This document shows positions 24,201 to 34,700 of a DNA stretch of 64,000 nucleotides, in pieces. The notes below the pieces were generated by a model that worked only from the letters and a program-made list of their open reading frames with translations, was not told the origin of the DNA and did no database searches. The stretch covers positions 419,090-483,089 of the forward strand of contig NW_019217945.1 of assembly GCF_002571385.2 (NCBI RefSeq). The letters run 5' to 3'. How positions within the stretch are numbered: the first letter of the stretch is position 1; each line of letters begins with the position of its first letter. The stretch is from Stylophora pistillata. Lineage: Eukaryota. The translations under genes and the position numbers were made by a program.

Positions 24201-27200
24201 TCTGTAATCTTACTTTCTCGTAGGTATGATCCAAACTGCTGTGAAGGTAAATTCTGCCGTACCGCTAGGGTTCTACAAACTAACTCCTTTTCCACTCCCT
24301 ATAGTAAAATTTCGAATTTGAATTCCAGAAAAATTTTGTCTGGAAACAGACACAATTTAAATTAATTAATAAAAATACCTCTGCTCCCACGTTCACTCGC
24401 CTGACCGAACGAGTTAGCAACTCGGACTTTATTTTGATTCTAAGTTGTTTGTTGATAGGATAAGATGTTGTTCTGTGACGAATGTGACCGTGGATACCAC
24501 AGTTTCTGCGTGGGACTCAAACAGATACCTGTGGGTGAGTACATAACCATAGTTATTACCCTAGAATCGTATTGAATCTGGTCGTTAGTAAGGGTGATCA
24601 TTAGTTATATTTTCCTGTTTCTTGCGTTTCTTGTTAATCTTGATAACAATCGGTCTACGTTGTTGTATACACTCATTGCAGTTAGATTAACCTTTTGACT
24701 AAGTCTAAACGCACCGAAACTTAAATTTCACCGCGAAAAGACGTTTAAGGACTTTCTGGAGAGGGGAGGGGAGGGAAGGGGAGATTGGGTAGGGGGAAGA
24801 GGGAGGGGGGAGGGGGGAAGGAGAGGGGGTGAACCCTTGAATGCGACACGCACGATCAAAACTATGAACCGTTTGCCAAGACAACGAAACCTAAAGTGGA
24901 AAACTGAACAATCCCATAGAGAGAACGAACTTAGACTCTTCTACCCCGTTATGCGTTCACTGTGTTGGTTTCTGTCATCAGGTCGGTGGACATGTGACAA
25001 GTGTGGTATGTGTGCATCCTGCTTGAGAAGATCCCCAGGTGAAGGACCAACCTCCAGATGGAAACACGAGGTTTTTATAGCCTCTCCTTACAGTGTTGAG
25101 ACCTTTTATCACAACCAGTACCATGAGTAAAGAGTACTTTGACTTCTATCAGCTAATTTGGTTTCTTATACACTCCACAGTACACCAAACCACGAGACGG
25201 ATCAGAAGTACAGTTCTTACAAACCTTGTGTACTGCTTGTTCCAGGTATAAACCGGTCACAGTATGCTATTTCTTGAACACTTCATGAACACTTCATGCG
25301 ATGCCAACGCATTGTTTATCTACATGTACCCTACACCCGCGCTACACGCATTTTACGCGTGTGGACTTCCTGCAATCACTGCGGACGCTGTTAAAGCGTC
25401 TTTTGCTTCGTCTTGTATCTTTCCTCATATTTAGTTTTTTAAGGGAAAGTTGCTTACATGCTTCATGAATGACTTACAATGTGGTGTCCTCTTTCCAGTC
25501 TTCTCTTTTGTGTTTACTTTGCGCTCTTGTTGATGTTGCGTTTTACATTGTTCCTTTCACAGGTTGAATGACTTACAATGTGGTGTCCTCTTTCCAGTCT
25601 TCTCTTTTGTGTTTACTTTGCGCTCTTGTTGATGTTGCGTTTTGCATTGTTCCTTTCACAGGTTGAATGACTTACAATGTGGTGTCCTCTTTCCAGTCTT
25701 CTCTTTTGTGTTTACTTTGCGCTCTTGTTGATGTTGCGTTTTTGNNNNNNNNNNNNNNNNNNNNNNNNNNNNNNNNNNNNNNNNNNNNNNNNNNNNNNNN
25801 NNNNNNNNNNNNNNNNNNNNNNNNNNNNNNNNNNNNNNNNNNNNNNNNNNNNNNNNNNNNNNNNNNNNNNNNNNNNNNNNNNNNNNNNNNNNNNNNNNNN
25901 NNNNNNNNNNNNNNNNNNNNNNNNNNNNNNNNNNNNNNNNNNNNNNNNNNNNNNNNNNNNNNNNNNNNNNNNNNNNNNNNNNNNNNNNNNNNNNNNNNNN
26001 NNNNNNNNNNNNNNNNNNNNNNNNNNNNNNNNNNNNNNNNNNNNNNNNNNNNNNNNNNNNNNNNNNNNNNNNNNNNNNNNNNNNNNNNNNNNNNNNNNNN
26101 NNNNNNNNNNNNNNNNNNNNNNNNNNNNNNNNNNNNNNNNNNNNNNNNNNNNNNNNNNNNNNNNNNNNNNNNNNNNNNNNNNNNNNNNNNNNNNNNNNNN
26201 NNNNNNNNNNNNNNNNNNNNNNNNNNNNNNNNNNNNNNNNNNNNNNNNNNNNNNNNNNNNNNNNNNNNNNNNNNNNNNNNNNNNNNNNNNNNNNNNNNNN
26301 NNNNNNNNNNNNNNNNNNNNNNNNNNNNNNNNNNNNNNNNNNNNNNNNNNNNNNNNNNNNNNNNNNNNNNNNNNNNNNNNNNNNNNNNNNNNNNNNNNNN
26401 NNNNNNNNNNNNNNNNNNNNNNNNNNNNNNNNNNNNNNNNNNNNNNNNNNNNNNNNNNNNNNNNNNNNNNNNNNNNNNNNNNNNNNNNNNNNNNNNNNNN
26501 NNNNNNNNNNNNNNNNNNNNCATTGTTCCTTTCACAGGTTGAATGACTTACAATGTGGTGTCCTCTTTCCAGTCTTCTCTTTTGTGTTTACTTTGCGCTC
26601 TTGTTGATGTTGCGTTTTACATTGTTCCTCTCACAGGTTGTTCCGAGCCGGTAACTTCTGCCCGGTTTGTTTGAAAGTTTACCGCAATGACGAGTCTGAT
26701 TTGCCTATGGTGTGTTGTGACATGTGTGACCGCTGGATTCACACAGGTTTGACTGAACTACTCTTTTGTCCTTATATAGTTTTGATTTGGAAGACATTAC
26801 AGCGCTGAATCCCAAAACAGAGGTTTGGGTTCGAGTCCTGGCTGGATCGCCGCGTTGTATTCTTAAGCAAAACACTTTACTCTCGTGATGCGTCGCCTCG
26901 GGCTCCCTATGAGTATAGCTGGGTACTGGCAAATGTCTGGGCGGTAACTCAAGGTGGAAGGGGCAGTATTGCTAGTAGTGTGCTTTGAAAACCAAGGTTA
27001 TTTCAGACAGGGTTGGGTATACGTCTTGTGTGGTGATTATTAGTGATATCACTTAAATCATGTGAATAGGTAAAGACTATATATACATGTTTGTGACAAT
27101 TTAGGTGGAAACAGAACCACCTGATCTTAGTTTCTCGTTACGTTGTAAATTAAGGTATTGAATGCACATGTATGTCTATATTTTGATAAATTACTTTAAG

Positions 27201-27586
27201 CTTGTGCTTGACATTTGATTTTCTTTTACTTGGAAGCACGCCTGAAAGGTTTTCCAGATTTACAAAGAATAACTGTATTTAGTTTTGGTTTACAGATATC
27301 TTACTCTGTCGCAACGAAGGTAACTTTAACATTGTATATGCAATGTAACCCCCCTCGAACACCTAGGTGGTTTTTGGGAAAACAATGACAAATATGTTTC
27401 AACAGAAAAACGCAATTGTACGTTAACCTACATAGTTTTTACTTTTCAGATTGTGATGGTATCGACGAAAAAGCTTATGCACAACTCGCCCGGACGAAAA
27501 GCAAGTACAGCTGTGTTCTGTGCCGCGGAGAGAAGCAAGAAAGAATGGATTCCTTTCACAGAAAGAACAGGAGCAAGGCTTCATGA
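18283..27586 (+). CDS. PHF10: PHD finger protein 10 (PHF10/BAF45A/SAYP homolog, PBAF subunit), ~553 aa, with an extra C-terminal PHD finger
   Basis: Exons 18283-18285 (ATG only, tentative), 18389-18677, 19390-19467, 20014-20081, 20395-20460, 20749-20877, 21323-21432, 22073-22205, 22554-22640, 22884-22992, 23494-23606, 24459-24534, 24982-25070, 25181-25245, 26637-26746, 27450-27586. All GT-AG with consistent phases, 1662 nt. SAY-region motifs [50 protein letters not shown] and [18 protein letters not shown]. Double PHD: [33 protein letters not shown]...[11 protein letters not shown]...[26 protein letters not shown]. Confidence 0.93.
19498..19690 (+). mobile_element. Non-autonomous DNA transposon/MITE fragment, family C (PHF10 intron)
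   Basis: Starts ctttaactcccaagatctga... The 3' half (ggtgt..at.aa.ataa...tattctcat...atatta...ggagaagttacatg) recurs at ~29750-29872. Confidence 0.55.
20154..20308 (+). mobile_element. PLE-like family B insertion (5'-truncated) in PHF10 intron
   Basis: Reverse complement of ~5289-5435. Flanked by a 13-bp direct repeat tatgtatacctac (20141-20153 and 20309-20321). The hammerhead core is mutated (ccaaaga). Confidence 0.75.
20905..21075 (-). mobile_element. SINE body fragment (headless)
   Basis: Minus strand atagatgggtactggc...ggggataacc...gatgga...ggggtagtgttact overlaps the 3' part of the SINE at 26797-26975 (atagctgggtactggc...gcggtaact...ggtgga..ggggcagtattgct). Confidence 0.55.
21131..21310 (+). 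repeat. Diverged direct duplication (period ~109 bp) just before the PHF10 exon 7 acceptor
   Basis: tatggaccttgaactc...gtatagatttctttctgatctacagctactgtacaaaatgttt versus tatgaaccttgaactt...gtatggatttctttctgctcttcagttattgtacaaaatgttt. Confidence 0.75.
21754..21977 (+). repeat. 111-bp tandem duplication, 2 near-identical copies (PHF10 intron 7)
   Basis: Unit atgttttatttcaat(a/g)ttccccagaaaggag...tgttgtgcacataca starts at 21754 and again at 21865. Confidence 0.9.
23759..24143. mobile_element. Palindromic (foldback) PLE-like element with a nested family B insertion at 23938-24100
   Basis: Outer arms gatcttgtagtctgatggtctgggcgag / ctcacctagaccattagaccacatgatc are inverted. Inner arms gtgactgacgtttcaacaacctaagcgg / ctgctcaggtggtcgaaacttccgtcac are inverted. 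The insert is flanked by tttgtcatg (23929-23937) and tttgccatg (24101-24109). Confidence 0.65.
24758..24830 (+). repeat. G/A-rich polypurine tract
   Basis: About 70 nt of almost only G and A with many GGG+ runs. Confidence 0.8.
25466..26640 (+). repeat. 99-bp tandem array spanning an assembly gap; each unit ends in the PHF10 exon 15 acceptor
   Basis: Unit tgaatgacttacaatgtgg...cattgttcctttcacaggt starts at 25466, 25565, 25664 and 26540. N gap 25745-26520. About 12 copies if the gap size is right. Confidence 0.9.
26797..26975 (+). mobile_element. tRNA-derived SINE (degenerate)
   Basis: Pol III B-box gggttcgagtcc, then gcgttgtattcttaagcaaaacactttactctc...gagtatagctgggtactggc, a central domain typical of metazoan tRNA-SINEs. 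No cloverleaf. Confidence 0.6.
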
Positions 27587-27814
27587 AACTTATTCAGATT
27601 TGATTATGCTATTTATAACTTACTTTTTAACTTATTTTTTGTGTCTTTTTTATTGTACAGACGTTTTTTGATGAACTGGTTCTGTAGGTTATACACAGTT
27701 TTGGCCAGTTTGGCACTCTACGAAGGATATTATCTTAAATTTCCGTAGCATGGGACGAATTCACTTTTGTTCGGGGTCGAGTGACTTTCCGTTTGGGGCA
27801 ATGTGATTTTCCTG

Positions 27815-27892
27815 GTATGGAAGGGGAGAAAGAGGGGGGAGGGCGAAGGGTGAGGGACTGGGGGGAGAGGGGTGGAGGAACAAGGAGGGAAA
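27815..27892 (+). repeat. G/A-rich polypurine tract downstream of the PHF10 stop
   Basis: ggaaggggagaaagagggggagggcgaagggtgagggactggggggagaggggtggagg. Confidence 0.7.
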
Positions 27893-29196
27893 TGACCATA
27901 GTAACGGACTGCTTGACCATCTTCGAAACCCAACCGAAATTGTGGCAGACTTAACGTTAGTCCAAACCACAAGAGAGAAAAGATACAAATGGCAAAACAC
28001 AAGAGATAATCTCTGCATACCCTAACGTGATCTTTCAATCTACAATCATCGTAGAGCAGCATGCCTTGAATTACAGCGGTTACTGGTTTGCATGTAGAGA
28101 GGCCAAAAATGTGATAGAACAGGGGAAGGGTTTAAGGTCGTTTGATGGCATTAGATGCTGCTTGACCTTCTTATGAAAGATAACTTTCATGTCCTAATGC
28201 TATAACTGAAGGTCAGTTATAGCTCTGGACCCAACCGATGTTCGACCAACCCTACTGGACGTCACGGAAAACTTGGATTTTAACCACATCATAATTTAAG
28301 AACGTGTTTATACTTCCAGTAGCATGCACCTACTGTTCTGCAAAATCTTTTTCGAATCCGAACCTTGAGTCCCCCGCCCAGTCCTCCGATAGGAGGAATA
28401 TTTAATATGTAATGAACTGGGTACGAGTTACTTTATAACCCTTGATAATTTCAATGGGGAGCATTGGTCCCGATAAAACCCTGATGGAACGATGTCACAC
28501 GACCTTCCTGGCTAAAATAAGGGAATGCTCCCCCCCGCCTCAAACGTTCTTCGAGACTCATGAAAACCGAATGGATGGTGACTGTGTAGTCCGATAAAAG
28601 AAATCTCAAACAGTTTTTAAGTTTTCCTTTTGTATTGAACTTTAAATGGGACTTTTGATTTCTACAAATGCAACCAGCATCGTAAATTGAATCGAAGAAG
28701 AGCATGACAAACACGAAGCAATAGATAACAAAGATGACTCTAAAATAACAAGGGAAGACTTGTGGCTCTGTTGAGAAACGAGAAAGACCTGGAAACCATC
28801 GCTGACGTTCTATATTTTATGTTGGGGGTCAGCCAACCATTTCTGTTTTTCCGAGACGACCAGTCCAGTCTTCAGTAAGAATAAATGTGTTTAAAACTTC
28901 TAAACGTGATATTTATGCTAGCTAATATACACGGCGTCTAGTGAAAAGCTGTGCGCTTTTAATCGTATCTACAACATTCCGCCAACTATATTTTTATTTT
29001 TTAAAAAAATTGCCTTTGAGAATTCAACCGAATTCCGTTAACGTCGTCCATCCGTACTCCTTGATGCTTCCGTACCCCTTGGATGCCTTCGGCAGTCTTC
29101 GTGAGATACTCGTGAGGTCTCTGTAGTGGATATTCCATTGGAGCTGACGAATCATGTGCATCACTGTTTTGCGAAAATCTAACAGTTGGATGGTCG

Positions 29197-31763
29197 TTAC
29201 ATGTGAGTCGGTGGGTACGCCTGCTCCCCAGGCCTATTCATGTGCATGTAAGGTGATGTTGACATGTACGAACAGTCCGAGTTCGGCCGATAATACGGTG
29301 GGGGTGCCGGCGCAGGGGGAGGATGTGGGGGAGGCATAAACACCGGACCGGAATTGTTTGTCAGCACGGGAGGGGTGGGGTAATTTTGACTGTGTGTCAG
29401 CGGAGTAGATGCTGGCCCATTCCACATGTTATTCATATTTGCGCTGCAGCTGGGAAGCTGATATGGGGAAGGACTTGATTTCTTTTGTTCAAGTTTGGAC
29501 GTCGGAATTGTTCCAGGAGGTGATTTCTTTTCGAGTTTTCTTTTATTTTCCGCGGCTTTGTCCAGTTGCCGACATTTGGCTCTTCTGTTTTTGAACCAAA
29601 CCTTAATCGGTGAAAAAAAATACAATTGAAACGCTTAGTTTAATCACAATGCATACGGAAACAAATTCTAAAATCTTGCTTTGTGTTACCGATTAACCCT
29701 CATATCTGTTTCAAACGTCACCTGGCAACCTGCCGTACCAGTACAGAGAAGGTGGTGTGCCATCAAAATAATACCTCGCAGCCAACAAGCGAGTTTATTC
29801 TCATCCTTTCTCTTTTAGATAATGCACTAATATTATAAGGAGAAGTTACATGTCGATCTCAGGAATGAAAGGAGCACGTCACAGTATGTCCTTAGTTCAT
29901 TCAGCTCAAATGTTTCAAGTTCATCATCTACAATTAATTTCAACCCCCAAGACTGACTGGCGTTCAATTTTTCCTGACAGTATCACCCTTGAACCAAATA
30001 CAAAGGTTATGAGGATGAAGGAAATGATCACATCACTTCATTAAGCTGCCCCTGATTGTCACACAAATTCTTCTGGTCAGTATCCCAGGAAATGTAGAGA
30101 CTAGTGTGGAGAATATCAATTTTGATGTTGGGGCGTGAAGACTTGACCCTTTGTAATTTTAACACAACCTCAACCTTTTTTGGTGTCATCTTCTCTTTTC
30201 ACGTTTCGTCATCCCAGTTAAGTCCTTTCATATTTTTATTCAAGTTATGAAGGGTTCTCTGTCACCTTAAAAATGTCTCTATTTGTCGTGAAGTCCGAAA
30301 TATGCTTTCCCGAAAACTCAGAGAAACGAATAGTACACGATAAACAATATAGAACCAAAATTCATGTGAAGTTTTACGAATTTCAAGGCGGAGAAAGGTT
30401 AATGTTTGTTGATCCCCGACAAGTGATTCCGGCAGGGAGAAGATATCGAGTTACTCGTTCATTGTGTTTGAATGTATTTTCAAATGTATGGCGCATCTCT
30501 CACTGCACCTCAGTTGATGATGCACAAACAAGACAGCTTTATTTTTAGCCGTAATCAACCAATATAAGATATCCTGTTGTGTAACCACAGCAAATTCTTG
30601 CGGTGAATAACTTTTCCCTCCCATGAAGGGTAAAGAAAAAAAAAATTAGCGGAATCGTGTAAGGCTTGTTCGGATGTTACACCTGTTTAACTTCGTACCC
30701 AGGCTGCCAAGGTTGGCACCTGTCAACATGCCTTATCTTTTGCTCTATCACTGATATCCTGATCGCATTTTCTCTGGAAGACGTCTTCGTTCCTTTGTGG
30801 ATTATCCAGACCGGTGATACGGGATTTACCCCACAACCGGGATTAAGGGTTTTAAAAAAATGTTTTTGTCTGGCGAGAAAAAACAATTTCCTAACTGAAT
30901 ATTGTCGCTTCCACCGTCATCCGAAAAGTGCGGTTTGTATCCTCACTCGCTCGCATCAGAAATTCTCCCTTCCAGCTGCCTTAGTTTTCCTCTTAAATTA
31001 GTTCGGAGAAATTGGTAGTGAACCCCAAACTAGTAACCCTCTCTATTCTAGTCATTTGTTCGCCTAATACTGCATATGAATGACTTAACGGATCAGAGGC
31101 AAAACTAGTCCTATGGCAAGAAAAACAGTACCACAAGGAAGAAAAGCTCTTTTGCTTTCACTGGAATGGTCACACACTAGGGTTTCACGCAGAGTCTAAC
31201 CGTTAGTATCCAAGTATCACAATTAACAGCGGTAAATGAAAGAGCTGCTTATTGTTAACATTTGTGGGGCAGAAAGCATCCAGCCCTCACAAAATGATTG
31301 CAACAAAGATTTTCAACTTAAAAGGAACTATAATAACCTTTTTTATGATTCTCCTGTTAGCAACGACAGCTCAGTCGTTTTCGTATGAAAAACATTCCTC
31401 TATCACATCACAACTTTTCAAATCCTCAACCTTCTTCATTCAAGGAAATGAAAAGAAAGACGACATTAAATAGGTTGGGATCAAGTTAGAGAAAACTTGT
31501 GTTTTATAAGGTATTTGTATTACCAAAACATTCAACGAGATTGGTAATGCTGTTATCATCAAATATCTTTCAAGAAATTTTATTGAAAATTAAACCCGTA
31601 TTCGTGACTTGAAATTCCGTGACTGTGAAGGCCAGACAGTTTTTATTACCAAAGTCTTTGTTGAAAGTAATCCTCGCTGTTAGATCACAACTGATAAAAC
31701 AGTACTTGTTTCCTTTAAGCTAATTTAGGCGACTAAGATCGAGTTCCATTCTGTGACATACGC

Positions 31764-31798
<35 letters not shown>

Positions 31799-34700
31799 AA
31801 AACAAAGATCAGAAATATTCCTTTGTTTGTTCGATATCTAGCATTAGTTCCTATCTTCGGAAACATATTGCTTCTTTTGTCTCGTTAACCTAGTTTAGCA
31901 GCTTAAGATCGGTTCTCTTCTTCCATTGCCTGACGAAATAAGCGAAATATTACAAGTGTTCCTTTCTATGTAGGCTATTCAGAGAAGGTACATATCTTCG
32001 AAACCACATAGCCACTTTAAATTTTAATGTTTCGTTTCCTTTGCCTACTTGTTTCATAAGAAATGACTGAATGGTATTTCCTGAAATCGAACTATAAATG
32101 TAACAAAAAACAAAAACTAAGATTAGGGTGTTGCCTTTTTCTGTTTTGAGCCTCTGGAAAGGCAAAGACAAAGAAAGATCTATTTTAAGACTGTTTGCTA
32201 AATATATAATGACAATTCATGATGGCATTCTACAGCAACCGCTCCAAAAATAAAATGGCTAGATAACCTGGTAGTAAAGGTACAACTCCAAAATATTAAA
32301 CAACGATGTGACTGTCCAGAAAATTTAGCTTAGTGACAGTCATATTACTCCTTGTAATTTTTTCCTGGGATAGGGTGTAACACAGTTATTGTAAACAGGC
32401 ATTGATCACGGTTCAAAAACTATCTTAAGCCGTTTTTTGATGATAAGGAAGATGTGAAGAAGGGATTATCTTCATTATTAGCTGACAACAATCGACATGA
32501 AAATGTACTTTGTACAGCTGGAAAAACTCAGATGGAGAATCTCGTGTATATGCAGAAGTATGCTGTAAAATCAAAAAGCAAAAATACTTTTAACAAAAGA
32601 AATTGGAATCGTCAGCCCCTGTTTTGGTAAACTAGTAGAATTTCCCATACCTTCAGTGAATTACCTTAAAATTTGACGGCAGACAGTTCAAAATTACACC
32701 AACGAGTGTGCGGAAGAAGTGATATTTACAGCCTTGTGGGACATCAGAGATAAAATTGACATTTTTATTCTAAATTATATAAAAATACTCATGCAGTGGG
32801 GCTAAAGACTGAGCTTCATGGAAAACCTCTCGTTGGGCTAGGTATTAAAGGATTGCTTTATACCCTCAAATAGGATTCACAAAATGATTAGTTATCAATT
32901 AGTTACGATGCAGAATTACCTCATAAGTCTTCGTTTACCCACTGCTCAATCGTTTTTTCATTAAAACTCGTATAGTCTCTTTTATTAACTGCTGAGGCAT
33001 GCAGTCACTAAAATAACCTCTATATGTTAAACGTTGGTTGTTGGCATGTCAAAGTCTGGAAGGGTAGCAAATTTTGACACTAAGAAAAGAAAAGACACGA
33101 TTCTCCTTCTCTGTAGTAATGATCCCACTGTACCAGTCAGCTTCACATATCCCGGCAAGCTCTGACACAAAATGATGAGAAATTTGCTTTCTCTTGATAT
33201 TATATTTTTCTTCAAGAGGTACACTGATAGGCAAATATAGGAAAAACAGTTTCTTTTTTCAGTTTTGTACCTGCAACGAAATATGCTTGTGAAGCCGATA
33301 TTTCATCACACCATGGCTGATAAAAAATAAAAATTCCAGCTTGAGATGGATTCCACACTTACGAAAAAGTATAGTGATCAATGTCTATGCTCTATCGATA
33401 AATTCTCTCATTCAATTATATGTAAGGCGAATGGTTGTCAGGAAACATTTTAAGAATTGAAATAAGTCACACCAAAAACATGGATTGACTAGAAGCCTAG
33501 TGCAAACTATTTTGGTAAGTTTAAAAATGACATACGATGTCTTGAGCTAAATGTGGCTACTAAAATTCATAACTCTCCAGAATAACCATTTAGTTTATCA
33601 ACTCTTTATTTCTTTCTTTTGACTTTTGTGGATATTTTTGGTTGAGCCTATGTTTGAAGCAACTCGTACTGACATTCTTGGTTTTAAGACACTGAATACT
33701 CGAAAGAACTCTACAAAATAGGCAACTTCAGTACATCGCGCAATAAAGTGAAATTTGCAGAGGCGTTTGTCGCTAGGACGGGACCCAGGTGTCGGCGATC
33801 TCTCATCCCCAAAAAAGGGCGTGGAAATTACTGTCACTAGCACTAACTTCAGGGAGGGTTCTTCTATAATAACAAGCAACTCTCCACTTTCGTCACTATC
33901 TTTTGCTCGTGGAAACGTATTGAAAAAGAAAAAGCAAATACCTGCACTCTGCTTTCTGGAAGGCTTATTTTCATTGCTACTTCTTCCCTCATGAAGATGT
34001 CGGGATATTTTGTTTTGCTAAATAACTCTTCTAGGATTTCAAGTTGGGCCTTGGTGAATGTCGTTCTTTCTCGACGTTGTTTTCTCGGGTGCGCTGTATG
34101 GGAGAAACAAAAACGGCATCTTCGGTTACGTGCTGACCAAAACGTAATTTTAACTATCCAAAATCAAAATATTGTCAATAAATGTGTGATGAGAATATAC
34201 AAAATTACCAGTAAAGGAAAAATAGTCCGAGGTAGCGAAGAAACCCCCCACAAGTGGAACAACAATGGAATTGAGTTAGAAATAGCAAACAATTCACACA
34301 TTTTGCCAAAGGATTATTAGGTTATGTCAGTTAAGCACTAAAGGCATTATTTTGCTGTTTAATCAAATTAACCACTTTACTTGGTGAAATTGCAAAAATG
34401 CAAGGACACCAGCCAAGATGCCTTCCCCACAGCTTCTCAATTTGCACCAATGGATATTTTTACTTATCGCAGCTTTACAATGTTAAACGCTGTTGACAGG
34501 AAACTGAAACTCTGACTTTTGCACAGGATTAAAATGAGATCTAAGCTTCCACTCGTTGCATTGAGTAAGCCATTAATTAGCACCCTTTCTGTGCAAAATG
34601 AATAAGTTTTAGCACATTTTATTCAACTTTCAGTATCGACTGTTTGTGACTTTAAAGAGGACGGAATGCCTTAGTTTTTTATCTCGATAAGTTGATGTAT

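Noticed and set aside
25667-26546. Three ~290-aa ORFs in the track
   Set aside because: Artefacts of the N gap.
25466-26640. CRISPR-like array
   Set aside because: Units are contiguous with no unique spacers; eukaryotic intron; no cas genes.
26797-26850. tRNA gene
   Set aside because: B-box only, no cloverleaf, and followed by a SINE body.
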